DNA of 49,186 nucleotides, filler included, from Basidiobolus ranarum (Eukaryota): NCBI GenBank assembly GCA_040143965.1. It is 2 parts of 2 records of this genome, joined end to end, with 100 filler letters (N's around TTAATTAATTAA, not from the genome) between each part and the next. Parts side by side here need not be neighbours in the genome. Positions count along the whole stretch, not along the records: positions 1 to 24,576 come from JASJQH010007025.1; 1 more part is not named here. One strand, 5' to 3'. Shown piece by piece: positions 1 to 12,087 of this stretch (position 1 is its first letter; each line of letters starts with the position of its first letter). The notes under the pieces were generated by a model. It saw only the letters and a program-made list of their open reading frames with translations, ran no database searches and was not told where the DNA came from. The position numbers and the translations under genes were made by a program.

Positions 1-739
1 AAGTCATCATCATTCTTCTACGAACAGTATCAATAGGGTAGGATGCGAGACCAGCACCGATGGTAATACCCCAACCCAACAAGAAAGAGGCGAGGAGGGA
101 GTCCTTGAGCTCTCCAACAAGGAGGACAGGCTTCAAGGAATCGTACATACCGAAGTACAAACCACGATATACGATGATACCAACACAAGAGATGTTGAAA
201 CCACGATACAACCCAGCAATACCATCACTCTTAAGGGTCTTTCTGTAGACATCCACAAGACCATCGAACTGACGGCCACCTCCGCCCTTCTTGGCTGACT
301 TGGCATCATTGGCAAGACGAGTACGAGCGTAATCAAGAGAATAGACGAAGAAGAGAGAGGAAGCACCAGCAGCACCACCGGAGGCAAGATTTCCGGCAAA
401 CCACTTCCAGTAACCATCTCTCTCCTTTTTGTAGCCAAATAATGACTTGAAGTAATCCTTGAAAGCAAAATTCAAGGCCTGAGTTGGAAAGTAACGGATG
501 ACATTAGCCATGTTACCTCTCCAAAGAGAGATGGTTCCTTCTTCCTTGATAACACGACTGAAGCATTCACCGACACCTTTGTAGGGATGTGAAAGACGGC
601 CAGTCTTAAGCATCTCATCTTGATTTTGAATCAACAATTTGACTCGTTCAATGGGAGCGGCAGCAGTCTTGGAGACGGCGGCAGAAACACCACCCATTAA
701 GAAATCGACAGCAAAGTTCTTTTCGGTCTTACCAGACAT
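1..739 (-). CDS. AAC: Mitochondrial ADP/ATP carrier, 3' end truncated by window edge
   Basis: Manual translation from ATG at 739: [43 protein letters not shown]...[23 protein letters not shown]...[13 protein letters not shown], containing the RRRMMM carrier signature. Not in the ORF track because it runs off the edge. Probable 5'UTR intron at 782-858 (GTAAGT...TGTCAG). Confidence 0.97.
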   Translation of the reverse strand, partial: MSGKTEKNFAVDFLMGGVSAAVSKTAAAPIERVKLLIQNQDEMLKTGRLSHPYKGVGECFSRVIKEEGTISLWRGNMANVIRYFPTQALNFAFKDYFKSLFGYKKERDGYWKWFAGNLASGGAAGASSLFFVYSLDYARTRLANDAKSAKKGGGGRQFDGLVDVYRKTLKSDGIAGLYRGFNISCVGIIVYRGLYFGMYDSLKPVLLVGELKDSLLASFLLGWGITIGAGLASYPIDTVRRRMMMT

Positions 740-1624
740 AGTGAGATAATCTTAACAATGAACGGCTAATCAAGGGAATGCCTGACAAAGTAGCATTTCA
801 ACCATGAACGCCGGTATATAGCTTTACTTTTTATCCCCTGCAAAAGTAAATCACTTACGAAGAGATGACTACCTTGCGATCTGGATATGCCAGTCCCTGG
901 CTAAGCTAATTCATCGAATGATTGCATTCAGTGTATTCAAAATAAGACTGCTAAAAAAGTCCGAATGAATTTGGGGGATCGATTTTCCCATCGTTTAGGT
1001 TGAGACCTTCCTTCTTCCATCAACCCGGATTCCTCCATAACCATTATTATCTCAAAGGAGGAGAGGACGAGTGGGGGGCTAATCCATCAACTTATTCATG
1101 ACTCCAATGGCTCTAGATCGCTTGCCCCAACTATTTTCTTCAGTTGAGGGGGAAGGTATTACCTCCATATGTTCTAAATTAACTCAGGAGATATCACATG
1201 TTACAATTAGTCGTATGTCATTCCATCGAAGAGTTCTGTTCTTGTCGGATCGTACCACCGCACCGAAATCCGACCTACTAACGAATCGACGATATTTAGG
1301 CCGATGCCGATACTTTCGGCCACGATAACTTGGACCCTAACCCAACAAGTTAATACCAGTAGTGAAATCACAGATATCAAATATCAATCTCATAGCAATG
1401 TTTATAAGCTAAACAAGTAATAGGAGTGTTTTCGAATGAAGATGTACTTTTTATTACATTGACAATAAAAGAATCTGATGTGGAGTTAACTAATTTAATG
1501 ATAAATCAAAGAAAGAAGTTCAATGGTTAAGAATGTATAAGAAACAGAGGATGAGGAGGAGGAGATATGCGTTTTCTATGAGAAAGGTGCCTTTGAGTTT
1601 GAATAGAAGTTGCTGGCGTATAGC

Positions 1625-2308
1625 TTATTTGGAGGGTGCTGGGATATCTGGTACTTGTGGCATGATGGGACGATTTTGTTCGGCGAACATACGAGTCATG
1701 GCAATACCTAAACCTTCAATCATAGCCAATAAGACACCTCCAACGACAGCGGAAGTAGCAGCAGCTTTGAAACCACCTGAGATAAACACCAGTTAGTGTC
1801 GATATTAGAATATCAATGGAGAATAGAGCATCATTTACCTCTAGCAGCCAAGACACCACCAGTCAAGGTACCAGAAAGAATGGAATTCCAAGGATCTTCC
1901 TTTTGACGAATTCCCTTGAAAGCGCAATCAAAAGTGGAAAAGAGACCACCCCATACGGCGAAATTTCCTAAGACAGGCGGTGTAAATATTCCTTATCCGA
2001 GTGGGAAAGAAAGCAGTATATACATAAGTGTTGACTTACCTCCGAGTACAGGAGCACGAGCTTTGACAGAGGTCAAGGCACCAGTCAAACGCTCTCCTTT
2101 GGGAGAGTTTTTGATTCCTTTAACGGAATGCCAAATACCACCACCAACAGCACCCATTACGAAAGCACCACCAATATCATTGAGGATAACCCAAGGGCTA
2201 ATAAGAATATACAAAAACAACAGAACAGTTAATCTCCACTCAAGTATACATATGGTCCGAGAATATAAAGTACCAAGGGTCTCTGGAGTGATCTGAGCTT
2301 CTAGGCAT
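1625..2308 (-). CDS. TIM17: Mitochondrial inner membrane translocase subunit Tim17 (4 exons)
   Basis: Spliced product [35 protein letters not shown]...[23 protein letters not shown]...[11 protein letters not shown]...[17 protein letters not shown]...SK*; GT-AG introns. Confidence 0.96.
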
Positions 2309-2777
2309 GTTTAAAAGTACAAAGGACTAAGACTTGGTTTAAGTGGACGAACAAAGGAACTGAACCGAATGAAGTGCAGTTATAAAGAAGAAAAGTTTGC
2401 GCAGTGAAAGATCAAGCTTTAATTAAGACTTAATTTAGTTCTCGTCAATTTTTATTCTTTAACATTCCCAAACTTTCTTATTCGTGTCATAATGTAATCA
2501 TCTCTGATCTTGATCAATGCTCACATCCAACGAAATCATGGAACTGAAAATTTTTTGCCAACTTAGAAATTAGATTGGTTTGTATACTCAAGGCTCGATG
2601 TCTGAGTGGTAATTTAAATTGCGGATGATGAATTATCCTTGAGAAACCAACTTTTTTAAACATACTTATTTGTGACAGCGAAAATTTTGCATTATCTTCG
2701 GAGTTTATGGGTTGATAGATTAATATGAAATTATCTGTGAGGTTGTGCCTTAGCTCTAGAAGAGCAAAGCTATAATT

Positions 2778-3932
2778 ATGTTATTAAGAGGTCTTCGAAG
2801 ACATTGTTTCAAAGTTAATATACCATATATCTGTACAAATCCAAGTGCAGTTAGAAATATCCATACAAGATGCATATCAGTAAATAACGACTGTAGCAAA
2901 GATTCTTCTTCCTTTGGGTTACAAGAAGCAATACGCTTGTTGAATGAGGACCAAGTTGTAGGTATACCCACCGAGACGGTTTACGGATTAGGAGGAAATG
3001 CACTTTCCACAGAGGCTGTTTCAAAGATATTTGCTGCTAAAAATAGGCCTCCCGATAATCCTTTGATAGTCCACGTTAGTTCGTTGGACATGTTGAGGTC
3101 TATTCTGCCCAACAAACTCATCCCAAAGCAATACATGCCACTGTTGGATTCCTTTTGTCCTGGCCCATTGACTCTCCTTTTTCCAAAATCCGAGCTCATC
3201 CCGGACATCGTTACTTGTGGTCAACCTACAGTAGCTATACGTTTTCCCAGCCATCCAGTTACACTAGCACTTATCGAACAGTTCGGAAAACCGTTGGCCG
3301 CTCCTTCCGCCAATACTTCTGGTAAGCCTTCTCCAACTTTAGCCGAGCATGTATGTCGGGACTTGAACGGAAAAATCCCACTAGTACTTGACGGAGGGCC
3401 ATGTGAAATTGGTGTAGAATCTACGGTATTGAACGGTTTAGTTACTCCACCGGTTATTTTACGACCTGGAGGGGTTACTTATGAACAGATACGAGCAGTT
3501 CCTGGTTTCGAACATGTACTGGTCTATCAACGAGACTTTATCGATAAACAATTAGAAGAGAAACCGGCCACCCCGGGTATGAAATACAGACACTATTCAC
3601 CTGAAGCCCCAGTAATTCTTTTTGAGCGTTCTAAAGGGATAGAGGAGACTTTACATAATATTAAATCAGAGATTCAAGGATTCTCTCAGAAAATCGGTAT
3701 ATTACGAACATCTGCACTTCCACTGAACATCTCGAGTCCAGAGATAGTTGAACACTGGTTAGGGGATGAGAACCATCCGGAACAAGTAGCACGAGAGCTT
3801 TTTAAAGGTTTACGTGATCTAGATAGATTAGATGTGAAGCTAATCATTGTCGAAGGAATTAGGGAGGATCATGAAGGGTTAGCTGTTATGAACCGCCTTA
3901 GAAAAGCTGCTAGCAAAATAGTTACAGCCTAG
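2778..3932 (+). CDS. SUA5: Threonylcarbamoyl-AMP synthase Sua5 (YrdC + SUA5 C-terminal domain), intronless
   Basis: PTETVYGLG, KNRPPDNPLIVH, AAPSANTSGKPSPT, GVESTV, PGMKYRHYSP and MNRLRKAA motifs; Arg-rich, acid-free N-terminus. Confidence 0.97.
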   Translation: MLLRGLRRHCFKVNIPYICTNPSAVRNIHTRCISVNNDCSKDSSSFGLQEAIRLLNEDQVVGIPTETVYGLGGNALSTEAVSKIFAAKNRPPDNPLIVHVSSLDMLRSILPNKLIPKQYMPLLDSFCPGPLTLLFPKSELIPDIVTCGQPTVAIRFPSHPVTLALIEQFGKPLAAPSANTSGKPSPTLAEHVCRDLNGKIPLVLDGGPCEIGVESTVLNGLVTPPVILRPGGVTYEQIRAVPGFEHVLVYQRDFIDKQLEEKPATPGMKYRHYSPEAPVILFERSKGIEETLHNIKSEIQGFSQKIGILRTSALPLNISSPEIVEHWLGDENHPEQVARELFKGLRDLDRLDVKLIIVEGIREDHEGLAVMNRLRKAASKIVTA

Positions 3933-4280
3933 CTCTCTCATTATTGCGAGTCTTACACTCATCATTTAATTCATAGCAACATAGATACCCATCAAGTAAA
4001 GCAGCATATTAATTTCTTCAGTCAACAAAGCATTTGAACTTGACTCAGATTAGTATCAAACACCTTCCTTAATTTGAGATGGGTACATTGGAATTGTACA
4101 CGCTGCGTATAGTTTTCGTACCGATATTCTTTTTTGATAGATTTCTGTCAGAACAGATACGCCCATATCATCAAGTAATATTTAGATCTCAGCAATAAAA
4201 AACCTTGCCTCCAGCCAGTATATTTATAATGTTTTTATTTTGTCATTATGGAATAAACACTTGAAGCTGAAACAACTGAT

Positions 4281-4656
4281 TTACATCTTCATAGGTTGTG
4301 GTTGAGCTTGCTTAGTAAGTTCAGCACTAAAATGAGAGTCAAGTTAGTCAGGTAAAAACGGAAAAATCAACAAAAAAACTATAAATACCGAAGTTGTTGA
4401 GAGAAGTCATCTTCAACATCATCGTCATCCCAATTATCTTCCCACAAGTGAGTGTCTTGATCTTCCTCGGTTTCGTTCCAATCTAGAGCGATTTGTTAGC
4501 ATATGGTGTTCAATTGATAATTGTTGTTTTCAATGGAAGTATTATCAAACCTTCAGCAGGGAACTCTTCGAATTCGTCGTCTTCTTCTAAAGCATCAAGA
4601 TGAGGAACAGGCTGTGTAGGTTTGCTTGTAGCGGGGTTGGGAGCGTTGGAAGTCAT
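4281..4656 (-). CDS. SEM1: 26S proteasome lid subunit Sem1/DSS1 (3 exons)
   Basis: Spliced: [81 protein letters not shown]; canonical DSS1 motifs. Missed by the ORF track. Confidence 0.95.
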
Positions 4657-5204
4657 TATTGTAAATCCAAACAAAAGAAATGCGCAACGATGAAAGTGTA
4701 TTGAGCTGCTTATTCATGTTTGACGTATTCTTTCTCATTCAACTAGAAAAATTCAAGTGATTGGATGATGGACAAATTGACGTAATTGCTTATAACTATC
4801 CCATGAAGCATCAATTGCTGATACTTTGCTTATTTTATTCGCTTTATAATCAAATAACTTCTTGGTTGATTAGAGGCTATAGCGCCATTTAACCTACCTA
4901 GATTACTACCCAGATTCACTAGCATTATTTGCCCTTTCCCCATTTGTCACTCTTTTTCATGTGAATACAAGGTGTGAAGAAAACGTAGATGATTGCTAAG
5001 CTAATAACTAGATATGCTATTGATAATCACAAATCACGTATCATGTGGACAATATGAACCAATGTTACAATGAGAGTGCGATTGAAATATCTTTTGATAA
5101 TCCTTGTGGCGCACTCAATTTGGTATCTGTTTCATTATTCAGTTTGTGCTTTCCCTAATACCTACGTTCTTCCATAGTAAGTTTTCCTAAACTTCTTCCG
5201 AATC

Positions 5205-8200
5205 ATGGTCAGTCAAATAGTGCTCGACGAAGTAGTATTGGAAGCTCACAATGAGCCAGGTTACAAATTGGTGTCTGATGGTATGAATATGGTAACCATA
5301 TACCTTCGAATATGTCTGTAGCTTTTATTCTTTTCTAATGCCGACTTCAAACCTTTAGATCCTCTAATTCTATGTGAATATTTGCAAAAAACTTGTAAGA
5401 TTATCGAGCAAGGTGCTGATATAAACATACCCGTGGGTGACGAAGAATTCCATTTTCGAGCATTAATGTGCGCACCGGTACTTCGTGGCTTGGTCTCCGA
5501 AACCACGAAATTTATATTATCCTCCACAAAGTATTTACCCAACTTACCTATGGAAAATGATACCGAAGAGGCTGAAGCTCTGTCCGAAGTTGACGTAGAT
5601 TATGGTTATTTGGTTAATGCTGGGGCAACAAAAGATACCGATTGTTTTTTCCCGTTGTCTGACTCGGAAGAAGAGTTCGAGCTGTCTGAAAGAGAGAAAA
5701 AGTGTGAAGCCTCGAGAGCTCAAGAAAGTCAGACGACGGAACTACGTGCCGGCCCATTAGATGCTAAGATATCTATAGATATCATTCATCCAAAGCCAGA
5801 GGCGAATGAGGATGAAGAAACCTTTGCATTCGTTCGTATAGAGACACTTGGACGTTTACATCTTTTGAGTGGCGATAGGGTATGTTTTCAGTATTCTTGC
5901 ATCTGTTCTAATATTAACAATATTTGTTTAGGTAATTATTGAAGGCCCCCAGGCTTTGAAAAAACGACCATGTCGTATTTTTGGACTGGAAGACAAGTAA
6001 GTAATGAGTTGCTTTGGTATGATAGCATAATTCTCATTCGACTCGAAATCGGTTTATTTAGGTTTCTCAGTGGCAATAGTGAATCGGAGATATTTATGTC
6101 TCCTTGCTTGCTCTATAATTTAGGAATCAGAAGTAGCCCTACTACGTCTCAACAAGTTCGCGTCTTGTACTTGGATGAGGTGATCACGCCTTCTACAATT
6201 CGTGAGGCTGTTCTCGCTCGTATACCTACTCCAATTTCGACCAGCAAAATCTACGAAAAAGCATTCATGAATGCCTTGAAAGAATATTTCGAAACCAAAA
6301 GTCGAGTGATATGTGAAGGTGACATCGTTGGAATTTCGATTGACGAAGATAAAGCTAAATTAGAGAGTAACGAGCATATTGAGGACGAGGAGATATCCAA
6401 TTTTATATGCTTAAGAGAAGATATAAAGAGAAGTAACCTGACGGTTGTATATTTTCATGTCACTACTATCGAGTTTAGTAAAGCATCGCCATCCGTCCTA
6501 TTCAATGGAGGAATCATTGATGTTGATTCTACCAAATTAATCCAGGAAGGTATATCGAACATTCAAGTTCCGTCTTTGCAGCGTTACCTCGACGCAACCG
6601 GTGATATTCCACGTTTACCTACCAATATCCCTGAAGAATCTCCACTTGCCCAACTTCTCGACATTGCATCTTCATCAGTTCATCCATTAGCCATAGAACT
6701 GGGCCTAAGCTGTTCAGTAATGCTACGTGGAGCGAGAGGAAATGGGAAACGTGTTCTCTGTGCGTGGGTAGCTGAGAAATTGGGGCTTTGTTTCTATGAT
6801 GTCAATTGCTATGATCTTGCTGGCGAAACAGATGCCAAAACAGAATCATCTCTTCGTGCTCGATTTGATATTGCTGCCACATACGCACCTTGCCTATTCT
6901 TACTAAGAAATATAGAAGCCCTGGCTACCAAAGAGGCCACTATTGAAACAGGCCAAGAGCCTGTCATCTCTTCGGTTATGACTGATTGTCTTGCTAGTGT
7001 AGCAGAGGTGATCAAGAAAACTGGTCAGCCTGTATTGGTGGTTGCTACCGCCTCTGATCCGGAAAGAGTACCCAACAGTTTATTGAGTTGTTTCAGGCAT
7101 GAGATTGAAATCGAGGTACAGAGTATTTAGATAGTAGACTTGGTTTGAATGGCGAGCTGATATCTTCATATTTATAGGCACCCAATGAAGCCACTCGGCT
7201 TTCAATCCTCAAGACTCTTACAGCTAAGATCCCTCTGGCTCCAGACGTCTCTTTATCTTCCCTTGCAACCCAAACTGCGGCATTGGTGGCAAAAGATTTG
7301 GTAGATCTAGTTGCACGAGCTGGAGTAGCAGGACTGGAGAGAGTATCCAAGGCCACGACAGTTAGTGGAGATGGTGTTACTTGGAGTGATCTAATTGAAG
7401 CTGGGATCACCCTCAATGCCTCAGACTTTGATAGAGCTCTGGGTAAAGCTAGAGCTTCTTATTCAGATAGTATTGGCGCTCCCAAGATTCCCAATGTAAC
7501 ATGGGATGATGTTGGTGGCTTAGCATCTGTAAAAGATGATATTTTGGATACGATTCAATTACCACTAGAGCACCCTGAATTGTTTGCCAGTGGCATGAAA
7601 AAACGATCTGGTATTTTATTCTATGGCCCACCAGGTACCGGTAAAACCTTATTAGCAAAGGCGGTGGCCACCTCGTGCTCTCTTAATTTCTTTTCGGTCA
7701 AGGGTCCTGAATTGTTAAACATGTATATTGGTGAATCTGAAGCTAACGTAAGAAGAGTATTCCAACGCGCAAGAGATGCCAAGCCCTGTGTCATTTTCTT
7801 TGATGAATTGGACTCCATCGCACCAAAAAGAGGTGAGAAGGGTGACTCTGGGGGTGTTATGGATAGAATCGTAAGTCAAATCTTAGCGGAGTTGGATGGC
7901 ATGAGTAGTGGGGATGGCTCTTCAGATGTTTTTGTCATTGGCGCTACAAACAGACCTGATTTACTTGACCCTGCTCTGCTTAGACCTGGACGGTATGGAT
8001 CTCTAACACAAGTTGTATGTTACTTTATTGGCACAGACGTAAACTCATATGTTGTATCTTCTAGGTTTGATAAGCTTCTTTATCTTGGTATCAGTGAAGA
8101 TAATGAATCTCAACACAATATTCTCCAAGCACTAACAAGAAAGTAAGTTATTAGCCAAAGGAATTTCAGTTATTTCAACTCTAACATCAATGGCAGATTC

Positions 8201-8770
8201 CGACTAGCGCCAAATTTAGATCTTCATCAAGTGGCAGAAAAATGTCCGTTCCATTATACTGGTGCTGATTTTTATGCTCTTTGCTCAGATGCCATGTTGA
8301 AAGCGATGACACGTACAGCAGGTGAAATTGATCAGAAAATCAAGGATTGGAACGAAAATCCACCATCGCCTCCATCAGGTGTCAAATACCCTGTACCGAT
8401 GACAGTGCAGTATTATTTAGATAGACTGGTTAAGCCAGAAGAAACCGAAGTGTTGGTCCAAATGGTTGATTTCGAGAAAGCGCAAGCAGAGCTGGTTCCT
8501 TCGGTTAGTCCAGATGAGCTTAATCATTATAAACAGGTGCGAGCACAGTTCGATAATTCAATGCACAAAGAAAACCCTGAAACCCCCGAGCCTGTAGTCC
8601 CTAGATCCTCAGGCTCTGGTGGTCAAGCAAATACTGACCTCTTCGAACCGAAAAACGCCAGTTATGAAGCCCAACTTGATCAAGAGTATAGCAATAATAC
8701 GGAGTCAGCCATGTCCAACGGAAAAGCCAAAGGAAAGAAAAAAGACAAGGGGAAGGGGAAAAGCCATTAG
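5205..8770 (+). CDS. PEX6: Peroxisomal AAA ATPase Pex6 (multi-exon; true start uncertain and possibly further upstream)
   Basis: Degenerate D1 Walker A (GARGNGKR); [22 protein letters not shown]2 [67 protein letters not shown]; ORFs joined by GT-AG introns. Confidence 0.95.
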
Positions 8771-9021
8771 AGTGAAAAATAGGGTACTCCTAAAATCTCA
8801 CTAATTCTATCTCGCATACTTCATTACTACTGCTTACACCTCCATATGTATCACAATGTTTATATAATAAAACATCACATTCTTTAACATGATTAAGTAA
8901 CGATAGTCAACTTGTTAATGGTATGAATATTTTAATTATGTTGGTATGGGTATCTTAGAATGTGATAATTTAGTAAATCTGATATTTTCAATAGGTCTGA
9001 TTCAAGGAACTAAAGAATCGC

Positions 9022-9042
9022 TCAAAGCTTCCCCGATAGTCA
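9022..9042 (-). other. Stop-codon readthrough motif (TGA CTA) and encoded PTS1-like extension X-L-S-G-K-L-stop
   Basis: Minus strand reads GGT TGA CTA TCG GGG AAG CTT TGA directly after the NDK ORF. Confidence 0.7.
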
Positions 9043-9576
9043 ACCGAAAATGATACCAATTTCACGAGCGGAACTCTCCAAGGAATCACTTCCGTGAGTG
9101 GCATTCTTGGAGCCATCAGTGCCAAACAAAGCACGAATACTAAAGTCATGCAAAGATTGTTATGTATATGGTAATTATTATCTTGCGTCAAAGGGAGTCT
9201 TACCTATTTGGTGCTTCTTCACGGGCTTTCTCAGAATTAGTAGGACCCATAAGAGTTCTCCAAGCCTTGACGGCATCCTTCTTTTCCAAAATCATGGCGT
9301 AGAAAGGCGAGCTGATACAAATGGAATTTTGAATGACCGTCACCACAAGATACAAATATCAATGAGAAAATCTTACCTGCTCATCCAAGTAGTCAAACTC
9401 TCAAAGAAAGGTCTACCTTCGTGCTCTTTGTAGAATTCTTCTATCTGAGACTTGGTTCCTTTGACTTCCTTCTCTTGAACAATCTTGAAGCCTTCAGCTT
9501 CAATGCGCTTCTTGATATCATCCAAATGACCGGTACTATAAGCGTCGGGCTTCACAAGAGCAAGAGTTTTCTCCAT
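9040..9576 (-). CDS. Nucleoside diphosphate kinase, group II (NME5/6/7-like), 135 aa, 3 exons
   Basis: Introns 9312-9376 and 9140-9203 give MEKTLALVKPDA...FYKEHEGRPFFESLTTWMSSSPFYAMILEKKDAVKAWRTLMGPTNSEKAREEAPNSIRALFGTDGSKNATHGSDSLESSAREIGIIFG*; catalytic His present in NATHGSDS. Confidence 0.93.
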
Positions 9577-11814
9577 TGTTTGTGGCTTAGGAAAGAATAA
9601 AGTGCTATCACGTAAGACAAAATCAGATTTATATACGTTGCTCTCCTCGCAATTTGTTCGTAAGCATTAAGATTCAAGTCTAGAACATTAATCCTGATTT
9701 TTCCAGGATGACGAATGGCCGCCTTTGGGGGGAAGAAAATAATGCTAAATAGGGACATTATTTCGTAACTATTCAAGTAGTTACTTTTAATATCTTGTTA
9801 AATACGTTACTTATTGTTGAGGAAATTTCCTTTATGTTATCTACCATTATGAACAGGGTATTAATGGCATTGCTATTTCCATTTTACCGGATTGCTTGAT
9901 TACATAATAATCTTTGGAATATTGAATAAATCATTGATTAAATTCAAACATATTATTTACATGAATAGGGAGAAGTCGGAAGTAGTTGAATCAGCGTTAA
10001 ATAAATACAGAGCAAGCTGTGTTATATATATGATATACCGATCTCTATACGTATACAAGCCATTTAAACCAGCTTTAATGGGATTTTCACTTGTAATCAC
10101 ACTATACGATAAAATATGTTACCACTTCCATTGATGAAGTGGAACTAATTTCTAGTCAAAAAAGACATCTAAAGAATCACCGAACAGAACAAAACAGAAC
10201 ATAACCACAAATAACACCGAATCACTACCGGCTTTGCCAAAACTTCTCACATGAAATATCACATCTGACCACTACATCCAAGAAAGGTGCTCTGATAATC
10301 TTGCAGTGGTAGGGTTTCGTAGATTCAATAAATCCCTTGATTGCTTGCTGATCCGGGTAAATCCATGGGAATTCCATCTCCAGAACGTGGGTGCATTCTG
10401 ATAGAGATTCGTGACTAAATCTCATGATAATACTTTTTAACGCTTAATATCATCCTACTCTCAGACTGAATTACATGATTTTCACATGCATGGATAACTC
10501 TATCTCAATTAACTCTTCCATCTGTCGTGATACACCCGAGTGGCTGAATATCCAACTATTACGTGAGCGAGCTTTACGTGAATGAAGCGGAGAAGAGAGA
10601 GATCCCGCCAGTAAATAAGCATCATTTGAAACAGCCCACTTTAGTACCGTAATTTATCCGAACTTTAATATACACTACACAGCAGATGACACAATTGGTT
10701 CAAGATCTTGTTGAAACGATTATCATGTTCTGAACACGCCTTGTGAAGAGAGTAAACAAGATGTCACCTGGCCCATTAGAATAATGCGGAGATCTATAAC
10801 GTAGCAGGTACTAGAGAGTTGAGCCCGTTAATGATGTTAAGGAGGTGTAGTATTCATGGTATTCAGAGCCCTCAAAAGTAGGATGTCATCTTCACACTGG
10901 AGAATTAAGAAACATTAGCATCTCCACTCCAACGTTCCATCCCTGTTCTTTCTCTCACTGTTTTGAAGTTCACAAGAATGACGACGATGGTGAGTGTTGA
11001 GTGCACCCTCGGTCAAATATGAAACAAAGTTAATCTCGGAGAAATTCAAGAAGCCGGATTTGGTGGAGATCAGTTTATAATGTAATCATACATCATATAT
11101 CGTGGTTATATCATCTCTACCAAACCAAACCTACTTTGCCCTTACAGCTCACATGATTCAAGAATTATCGGGATTTTTGGGCTTTAGTTTACTTTGAACT
11201 CGGCCATCCATATGAAAAAAAGGCGCCTATTATAGCAATCGTGTTGCTAGTGAAAAAGTATAAGGGTTCTCCCAAAAGATGCTTGCCATGTATCAATCCA
11301 TGTATCAATAATCCCTGTACTCAGTCGCTAGTGGTACAGGCATTTCCGACAAACTACTAAGAAATGTCATATCATTTAGTTCATTTCACTGGCCCCAAAG
11401 AATTCCAAAGCGTGATTATAGATCCATATGAGGGCAAGATTGATGTTGGTGATACATTATTCGATGCCGCGGGCATGTGAGGGAATTCAAAGGCTTCTAT
11501 TCGTCCAGATGGCATTTGCTCAATATCACTATCCTTTTAGGGATCAGCGGAGCCTTTTTGAGTTGGTTCTTGTGGGTTAGGGTATGGGGTAGAGTATTGG
11601 TAGTGGCGGTGTAGAGTGGAAATTATCCAGCATCAGACATGCTACCTGGGTTTGGTAAAAAGTAAGACATGGTAGGTCATAGGCAAAACACGAGGCGTTG
11701 GCAAGGAGCAAAGCCTGAGGAATTTCAAGGAAAGAGAGAACTGCCGGTATCATTCCCGAACAATCAAAGTGCTCGGCATATGTTTTAAAATAAAATGGCA
11801 ATAGAATAGTAGAT

Positions 11815-12000
11815 GTAACCAATAAAAGCCCCGGATACAAGAGTAATTGATCATTCTGATTACCGCACCAAATTTGGGAATCCCTCACTTAATATATCAT
11901 GAAAATACAAATCTATAGAGAACACATCCAAATGCTATCTCGGTATTACAACAATACATAACCAATTACAACAATATACAAGCAATCCTACGATATAAAT
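11815..12000 (+). promoter_or_regulatory. Candidate core promoter of the acetyl-CoA synthetase gene (two CCAAT boxes, TATA-like)
   Basis: AACCAAT near 11818 and near 11960; TATAAAT near 11994, about 90 nt upstream of the ATG. Confidence 0.35.
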
Positions 12001-12087
12001 ACGATTGTCCCCCGTTTCTTGATGGATTAGTTCTAAACAGCTCTGTCAACCCTTCCAGTTTTCTTGCTTCTCACATATTCTGCAAAT

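Noticed and set aside
11286-11309. CCATGTATCAAT duplicated in tandem
   Set aside because: Two-copy 12-mer, consistent with ordinary replication slippage.
11573-11610. GGGTTAGGG telomere-like, G-rich patch
   Set aside because: Single unit with only three GGG runs; not a telomeric array or a convincing quadruplex.
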